Shown here: positions 59,265 to 64,000 of the stretch, one piece after another
Numbering within the stretch: the stretch's first letter is position 1
How the letters are laid out: every line of letters starts with the position of its first letter
IMG/VR virus record: IMGVR_UViG_3300023174_000056
Location: 104,145 to 168,144 of that record
Strand: one strand, 5' to 3'
Source of the DNA: a virus
Length of the DNA stretch: 64,000 nt
Notes under the pieces: model-generated
The model's input: only the letters and a program-made list of their open reading frames with translations
Database searches by the model: none
What the model was told of the DNA's origin: nothing
Made by a program: the position numbers and the translations under genes

Positions 59265-59482
59265 GCGCCAAGTTCTGGTAGAAAATCTTTATTAACGTGC
59301 TGACATTTTAAGCAAGCGAATGTCTGAACTGGTGCATTAATTTCTTGACCGATTGGCGAGACTAGTGCTGAAATATGTTTAATAATTACTGCTGGAATAA
59401 ATACATTACACTCACACTTTTCACATTTTAAATCTTTTGCATTAGCTAGATCTTGTGGTCTTAAACGTGGTCCATTTTCCAT
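59261..59482 (-). CDS. zinc-ribbon hypothetical protein
   Basis: CxxC...CxxC; GGAG RBS. Confidence 0.7.
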   Translation of the reverse strand: MENGPRLRPQDLANAKDLKCEKCECNVFIPAVIIKHISALVSPIGQEINAPVQTFACLKCQHVNKDFLPELGA

Positions 59483-59492
59483 TTTTGTTCTC

Positions 59493-59819
59493 CTATTTGA
59501 TACTCATCAGTATCATACCACCAAATACTAAAAACAAACCTAACAGGCGGTGTATTGCTAGGTCTTCACCTATCCAAAATATAACTGTGCAGTACCAAGC
59601 TGCATGAAAGAAAAAAGTTTGAAACACAGAAGTATATGTTAAAGAAAATATATTCTGCTTTGTAATATACATATATACTGTAGCACTTATAAAGCTAAAA
59701 ATATATCCCGTCCATAAAGGACTTATGCCATCACGAATCCATTTTGAATTATGTGCAGCAAGAATTCCGTTAATTACTAATAGTGTAGCAACACTAAAGA
59801 TCTTGAAATTATTGTTCAA
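59493..59819 (-). CDS. small multi-pass membrane protein (DMT/SMR-like)
   Basis: About four hydrophobic helices ending 'GE.L...RLLGLFLVFGG.IL'. Probable TTG start at 59819 after GGAG. Confidence 0.55.
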   Translation of the reverse strand: MNNNFKIFSVATLLVINGILAAHNSKWIRDGISPLWTGYIFSFISATVYMYITKQNIFSLTYTSVFQTFFFHAAWYCTVIFWIGEDLAIHRLLGLFLVFGGMILMSIK

Positions 59820-59944
59820 AAAAGTACTCCATTCTTTAGTGGGGCATAAAACTAACACGTTCAGAACACTTAACAACAAAAAAACCAAACCCTAAGATAA
59901 GAACTGCAAACCAACCTGCTACCTTCATCCTGACCTCTACAGAC

Positions 59945-59973
59945 ACTATAGCACAGAAGGCACGACCTGTCAA
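59945..59973 (-). promoter_or_regulatory. sigma70 promoter
   Basis: TTGACA, 17 nt, TATAGT with TGn. Confidence 0.75.
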
Positions 59974-60054
59974 AATTTTTTATTTTTGACTAGATATTTA
60001 ACTGGCTTAACAAGTTATATGGGCTGGGTTACATTGAAGAAGGAGACAAGAACC

Positions 60055-60675
60055 ATGAAGTATACATTATTTATAATGTTATTGTTAACTGCAAAACTAA
60101 CAAATGCAGAAGTTAAATTAGGCTGGGAAGACAAGAACCCAAAAAATATCGAGTGGACAAAAATTACAATGGCTGCTGTGGATAGACACTTCCAAAATTT
60201 GGACGCAGCTCTGGATGCAGAATTATTCTGCCCAGAATATACTTTTTTAGATGTTCCAACAAAAAAACATTTTTGGGGAGAATTTATTTCTGCTATGGCT
60301 TTTTTTGAAAGTGGATGGAGTTCTGTTTCGCAACTAACAGAAGTTACTCTTGGAAATGACTCGGTTACAGGAAAAACCGTAACGTCAGAAGGCTTATTAC
60401 AATTAAGCTATGGTGATATTAAATGGGCTAAATGGTGCCGATTTGATTGGGAAAAAGATCAAGAAAATAATCCCCTTATAACATCAATCTTAAACCCCAA
60501 AAATAATTTAGAATGTGGGATTGGAATTCTTGCCAATCAAATACGCAAGCAACACAAGATAGTGTTAGAGAAAAAAGCCTATTGGTCGATTTTAAAAATA
60601 AATCATAAGTTTCAGCGCATCGATAAAATGCGTGATATGATTGTTGGTAGAATTCCAACTTGCATCAAAGGATAA
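60055..60675 (+). CDS. secreted lytic transglycosylase (SLT-like)
   Basis: AAGGAG RBS then ATG 60055; signal peptide; 'MAFFES' catalytic Glu, 'GLLQL', 'NP.NNL.CG..IL'. Confidence 0.75.
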   Translation: MKYTLFIMLLLTAKLTNAEVKLGWEDKNPKNIEWTKITMAAVDRHFQNLDAALDAELFCPEYTFLDVPTKKHFWGEFISAMAFFESGWSSVSQLTEVTLGNDSVTGKTVTSEGLLQLSYGDIKWAKWCRFDWEKDQENNPLITSILNPKNNLECGIGILANQIRKQHKIVLEKKAYWSILKINHKFQRIDKMRDMIVGRIPTCIKG

Positions 60676-60677
60676 AA

Positions 60678-60696
60678 TGTCGGGCGAAGCCCGACA
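60678..60696. terminator. hairpin between convergent genes
   Basis: TGTCGGGC-GAA-GCCCGACA; followed by TTTT on the minus strand. Confidence 0.7.
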
Positions 60697-60726
60697 AGGT
60701 ATAATTTACCTTTTATAGTTGCAAAT

Positions 60727-61131
60727 TTATTTGATTGCAGCACCAAGCGCACGATAGCCGTTGTATGTTGGGTGAACACGATCAGGCGAAAGTTGTTTTA
60801 ATTCAATTACGTTGTCCCCGTACTCATAAGCAACTTCCCAAATTAAGTCTTGAACCCAAGGTTTAATTGCGGGCAAAACCCAGATAACATTTTTTCCATA
60901 GCCAATCTGTCCACGAATTTCGTAAAGAGCATCCGCAACTTCTTCAAAGTGTCGATAAAGATCATTGCTACCAAGAGAAATAAAAACAGTGTCGGCAACA
61001 TAATCAACACTCTTCAACCATTTTTTGGACCAACCAATAGTTGAAATACCAACTTGGGTATAGGATCGGCAATCTTTACGAACTTGTGAAGTTCCATATG
61101 CAATTGAATCACCAATTATAAGACAACTCAT
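60727..61131 (-). CDS. SGNH/GDSL hydrolase
   Basis: 'IGDSI', 'SLGSND', 'DRVHP..GY'. Confidence 0.85.
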   Translation of the reverse strand: MSCLIIGDSIAYGTSQVRKDCRSYTQVGISTIGWSKKWLKSVDYVADTVFISLGSNDLYRHFEEVADALYEIRGQIGYGKNVIWVLPAIKPWVQDLIWEVAYEYGDNVIELKQLSPDRVHPTYNGYRALGAAIK

Positions 61132-61332
61132 TCATCCCTCCTTGGGGTCTTTGACCCACCCAGACTTTACATCAAAGTAGCCAGCGATGCAAGCACAAGT
61201 TATTGAGCAAAATGTTTTGCCCACAAAATCATCTGGTACTTCTATCATTCTGTGTGGTCGCTTAATATCTTGATATTCGTGATGAATACGTCTTTGATCA
61301 CAACTTGGATTACCGCATGGTATCTTTTTCAT
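61132..61332 (-). CDS. Cys-rich hypothetical protein
   Basis: Coupled small ORF. Confidence 0.55.
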   Translation of the reverse strand: MKKIPCGNPSCDQRRIHHEYQDIKRPHRMIEVPDDFVGKTFCSITCACIAGYFDVKSGWVKDPKEG

Positions 61333-61540
61333 TTGCTTTCCTCATGCATTCTTCGGAACAATATTGTTCCATTTCGCCGCACATAATAAAAGTATCGGGT
61401 ATGACTTGCGAACAGATATGTGATACTTGTAGTGGAGTGAACGGCGCATAAATACCAAGCGGGCTTACGCTATCAAAAGCGCCACAATTACAAGCCGACC
61501 AATCTTGATGCCAAAGGCATTCCTTTTTATGTTCGCTCAT
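61310..61540 (-). CDS. Cys-rich hypothetical protein
   Basis: Coupled small ORF. Confidence 0.55.
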   Translation of the reverse strand: MSEHKKECLWHQDWSACNCGAFDSVSPLGIYAPFTPLQVSHICSQVIPDTFIMCGEMEQYCSEECMRKANEKDTMR

Positions 61541-61805
61541 ACTTTACTACCTTTTCCAGCATGGCGATCATCGCTTGGGCTTCGTCTTTACGAACAATAA
61601 AAGAGTCATAGCAGCAATCTTTATTGTCCCTATTAAAAAGATATTTGTATGCCGCTTTTAATCTACTCCAAAAACTCTTGTAGTTATTTATACGGAACTC
61701 AAAATTGAGATCGCCGTATTCCCTATCGTATGTAAAACGAACAGCATGATGGGCGTCGGAGCAATCACAATTAAACCATTTTGTTTCAAATAAATGATCA
61801 CTCAT
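61527..61805 (-). CDS. hypothetical protein (probable start MSDHLF)
   Basis: ATG 61805 overlaps the end of the upstream ORF. Confidence 0.55.
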   Translation of the reverse strand: MSDHLFETKWFNCDCSDAHHAVRFTYDREYGDLNFEFRINNYKSFWSRLKAAYKYLFNRDNKDCCYDSFIVRKDEAQAMIAMLEKVVKYERT

Positions 61806-61968
61806 TTTGTGCCACCCATTCCTTTGCCGCTTCTTCCGTATCAAATAGCATTTCAAATTCTATATCAATATCGTGGGTCACAACCCATTTACCAGTTGGT
61901 TCCCAACAAGATAAGCAACGGCAACCTTTTTCTAACTCGTAATGTGGTTCTATTTGGTATTTAGACAT
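61798..61968 (-). CDS. hypothetical protein (56 aa)
   Basis: MSKYQIEPHYE...WVAQNE; not in track. Confidence 0.5.
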   Translation of the reverse strand: MSKYQIEPHYELEKGCRCLSCWEPTGKWVVTHDIDIEFEMLFDTEEAAKEWVAQNE

Positions 61969-62285
61969 TTTAATTCTCTAATACGGAGTAAAAGTGCTTC
62001 TCTTTTCAGAGATGTCCATCCATATGCTTTAGCATACGGTTCTTCTTCTATGCCCCATATTTCATTTAAATATTTTTCGTGCTGAACAAATAAATTTTCT
62101 ACTTCTATAAGCAATTCTCGTAATTGCTGTTTTTCTTTATTAGCGTCAGCAAGCATCTTATTTAAGACATCAAATTGATTTAGGATGCCCGCTCTACCAA
62201 GAAACGAATCTAAATCTTCTGGATTATCGTATCCAGTTGCTCGCTTCCAAAGCGATATTTCTTTTTCTAATTCTTCATTTGTCAT
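61950..62285 (-). CDS. hypothetical protein
   Basis: Coupled ORF. Confidence 0.6.
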   Translation of the reverse strand: MTNEELEKEISLWKRATGYDNPEDLDSFLGRAGILNQFDVLNKMLADANKEKQQLRELLIEVENLFVQHEKYLNEIWGIEEEPYAKAYGWTSLKREALLLRIRELKCLNTK

Positions 62286-62503
62286 CGTAATTCCTCTAAC
62301 ATTTTATCAATTTCATCACACACTTCTTCTTGTTCCCATTTTGCTTTTAGTGATTGTGGCTCATTTCCTATTTGGGAACGAGCCTTAACCAGCAACCTTC
62401 TTAAATGGAAGATTAGTTGGTCTTTTTCTTCTTGTTGCCTTTTATGTTCTAGTAATGCTTTTTCACCAATTGATTGGTCATCATGCCATTGACTATTGCT
62501 CAT
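62282..62503 (-). CDS. hypothetical protein
   Basis: ATGA-coupled ORF. Confidence 0.6.
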   Translation of the reverse strand: MSNSQWHDDQSIGEKALLEHKRQQEEKDQLIFHLRRLLVKARSQIGNEPQSLKAKWEQEEVCDEIDKMLEELR

Positions 62504-62724
62504 TTTATCTCCCTGTATTCTTTTCTCATATCACAAACGCATTTATTTTCTTTGATAGAATACCCAAAAGTATCGTTAGGATAGCATTTTTGTTTACACA
62601 AATCAAGAGGTTGAATGTCCGAAACCTGAACCAAAAGATAAATAACACCAGCAATACAAGCCGCTGGAATAAATACAGCAAACAGAATAAAAAGTTCTGG
62701 TCTGTTTCTAATAACTTCTTTCAT
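62500..62724 (-). CDS. membrane-anchored hypothetical protein
   Basis: One TM helix plus Cys-rich tail. Confidence 0.6.
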   Translation of the reverse strand: MKEVIRNRPELFILFAVFIPAACIAGVIYLLVQVSDIQPLDLCKQKCYPNDTFGYSIKENKCVCDMRKEYREIK

Positions 62725-62732
62725 CCCATCCT

Positions 62733-62996
62733 CTATTCATGTGCCTTGCAGCACGCACTTTCGCTACCATCATGGCAATCATACCACGACGCTTCCCAAG
62801 AAGCAAGCGCATCCCGTAGCCTGTTATTATCCGCTAGTAGCGCTTCTACCCGCTTCAACGCACCTGTTAGGTTTAGGTGAAGTTTATCATGTGGATCAAG
62901 TATCTTTCGTAGTTCGGCGGCAACATCGGCATTACCTTCTGCTCGCCCCCTATTGTATTCTTCGGTGTCTGTTGAAATATATGTGTAGGTACTCAT
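62733..62996 (-). CDS. hypothetical protein
   Basis: Coupled ORF. Confidence 0.6.
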   Translation of the reverse strand: MSTYTYISTDTEEYNRGRAEGNADVAAELRKILDPHDKLHLNLTGALKRVEALLADNNRLRDALASWEASWYDCHDGSESACCKAHE

Positions 62997-63166
62997 CGCA
63001 TCCTCTTTAAAATTTCCTCACGAAGTCTTTGTACCACGTTACGGTTATCATACTCGTTGTTATAACCAGACTCACGGATAAGCTCGTCTACTAGCTGTTC
63101 ATTTTGCTTTGATTTCTTATTGTGTTCCTCTTTTAATTTTACCATATTGACACATTTATCGCACAT
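62993..63166 (-). CDS. hypothetical protein (57 aa)
   Basis: MCDKCVNMVK...LKRMR; overlaps with both neighbours. Confidence 0.55.
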   Translation of the reverse strand: MCDKCVNMVKLKEEHNKKSKQNEQLVDELIRESGYNNEYDNRNVVQRLREEILKRMR

Positions 63167-63420
63167 CACAATACCTCAAAATCTTCTTCTTTAATGTTAG
63201 TTGTAAACACGCCACGATCATCCATTAGGACAGCATTATCGCCAAATTCGGGGTTGTTGCTAATCCAACCCATAAAAAGATAGCGCTGTCTATTAACTAT
63301 TTTATCGCTCCACATACCTCCACGGGTACACCTGATCCAAGTGTACGGTTGGAATGTGCGAACTTCGGGCTTCTCTACTGCTGCTTCAACAACTTTTTGT
63401 AGTTTAGATTTACGGGGCAT
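63166..63420 (-). CDS. hypothetical protein (probable start MPRKSK)
   Basis: ATG 63420 near the stop of the upstream ORF. Confidence 0.55.
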   Translation of the reverse strand: MPRKSKLQKVVEAAVEKPEVRTFQPYTWIRCTRGGMWSDKIVNRQRYLFMGWISNNPEFGDNAVLMDDRGVFTTNIKEEDFEVL

Positions 63421-63646
63421 CGGTGTACTCTGGAATTTGTAGGGCATTGATATTATCCGCCAACTCTGATCGGGAAACCATTGGAATACAAGCAACCAAC
63501 ATTGGACGACAAGCCGCTGACGCCGCTTTACGCATCGCTTCCGCTCCACGCCTAAATGCCGCTCTTTCGTATTCTTTACGGAGAGCGATCATTTCGTTGG
63601 TCATAATATTTACTTCATTTTGTGAATATTCTTTTTCGTCAGTCAT
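63410..63646 (-). CDS. hypothetical protein (probable start MTDEKE)
   Basis: ATG 63646 follows the upstream stop. Confidence 0.55.
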   Translation of the reverse strand: MTDEKEYSQNEVNIMTNEMIALRKEYERAAFRRGAEAMRKAASAACRPMLVACIPMVSRSELADNINALQIPEYTDAP

Positions 63647-63647
63647 T

Positions 63648-63941
63648 TTATTTATCCTTCTGTAATATATCATACGCTGCGTGTTGTTCCCTTGTCCATT
63701 GTGCATAAGGAATACCGCCGCCATTACCAAAGAAGTGGCGTAGCAATTTACGTAGTTCTTTATTTTCTTTTAATAGTTCTTCACAGCGTACTTTCCAAGT
63801 TAGGCCTGGAAAGTGATGTTCGCCAAAATAAGCAAGTTTGCGAAGTTCTTTTACTTCACCAGCCAAACGCTCTTGTGACTCCATAAGCGCTTTATTTGTA
63901 GCGGTCAACCACTCAATCTTTTCGGCGTCAGTCATCCTCAA
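63648..63941 (-). CDS. coiled-coil hypothetical protein
   Basis: ORF with GAGG RBS. Confidence 0.6.
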   Translation of the reverse strand: MRMTDAEKIEWLTATNKALMESQERLAGEVKELRKLAYFGEHHFPGLTWKVRCEELLKENKELRKLLRHFFGNGGGIPYAQWTREQHAAYDILQKDK

Positions 63942-64000
63942 CCTCCATGCCTAATACTACCATAGCCCTACGCTTGCCGTCAAGCCACTCTTTATCTATT

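Noticed and set aside
69-63886. Most short plus-strand and nested ORFs in the track
   Set aside because: They are shadows of longer minus-strand genes; only 48192-48746 and 60055-60675 have RBS and motifs.
1-64000. Stop-codon reassignment
   Set aside because: Very long ORFs are intact under code 11, and TAA, TAG and TGA all end genes at tight junctions.
1-64000. Eukaryotic giant virus or bacterial chromosome
   Set aside because: Baseplate genes, endolysin, Shine-Dalgarno sites, sigma70 promoters and tmRNA point to a phage; no chromosomal core operons are present.

Overview
AT-rich (roughly 30% GC by eye), gene-dense window, almost all on the minus strand, most consistent with a large myovirus-like (jumbo) bacteriophage using the standard bacterial code. 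1-29.4 kb is a virion/baseplate module: a 3696-aa LamG plus double beta-propeller protein, gp6-like wedge, gp25-like subunit, HxH spike and M15 peptidase. At ~30 kb is a gp55-like sigma factor. 31-41.7 kb is a nucleotide-sugar and glycosyltransferase cluster (rmlB/C/D, gmd, DegT, acetyltransferase, StrG-like oxygenase, four GTs). 41.8-46.8 kb carries a Cas4-like nuclease, PIN-PhoH, purB and an HNH. 46.8-50.8 kb is a translation-related island: SpoU methylase, atypical tRNA-Ala, tRNA-Gly, ClpP, a compact tmRNA (tag ANEDVEFESYALAA) and an unannotated ~340-nt structured RNA. After that come a GH19 endolysin, a 1067-aa triple nucleotidyltransferase, a DEDDh exonuclease, an HNH, an inverted SLT gene and small hypothetical ORFs. 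The standout is the RNA at 50037-50374. It has its own sigma70-type promoter and an 11-bp closing helix. It contains the 23S rRNA L11-binding/GTPase-associated centre (H43-H44) split by a 260-nt structured insert, with compensatory changes that include the 1072/1092/1099 base triple. All protein calls come from motif recognition by eye; no database searches were run.
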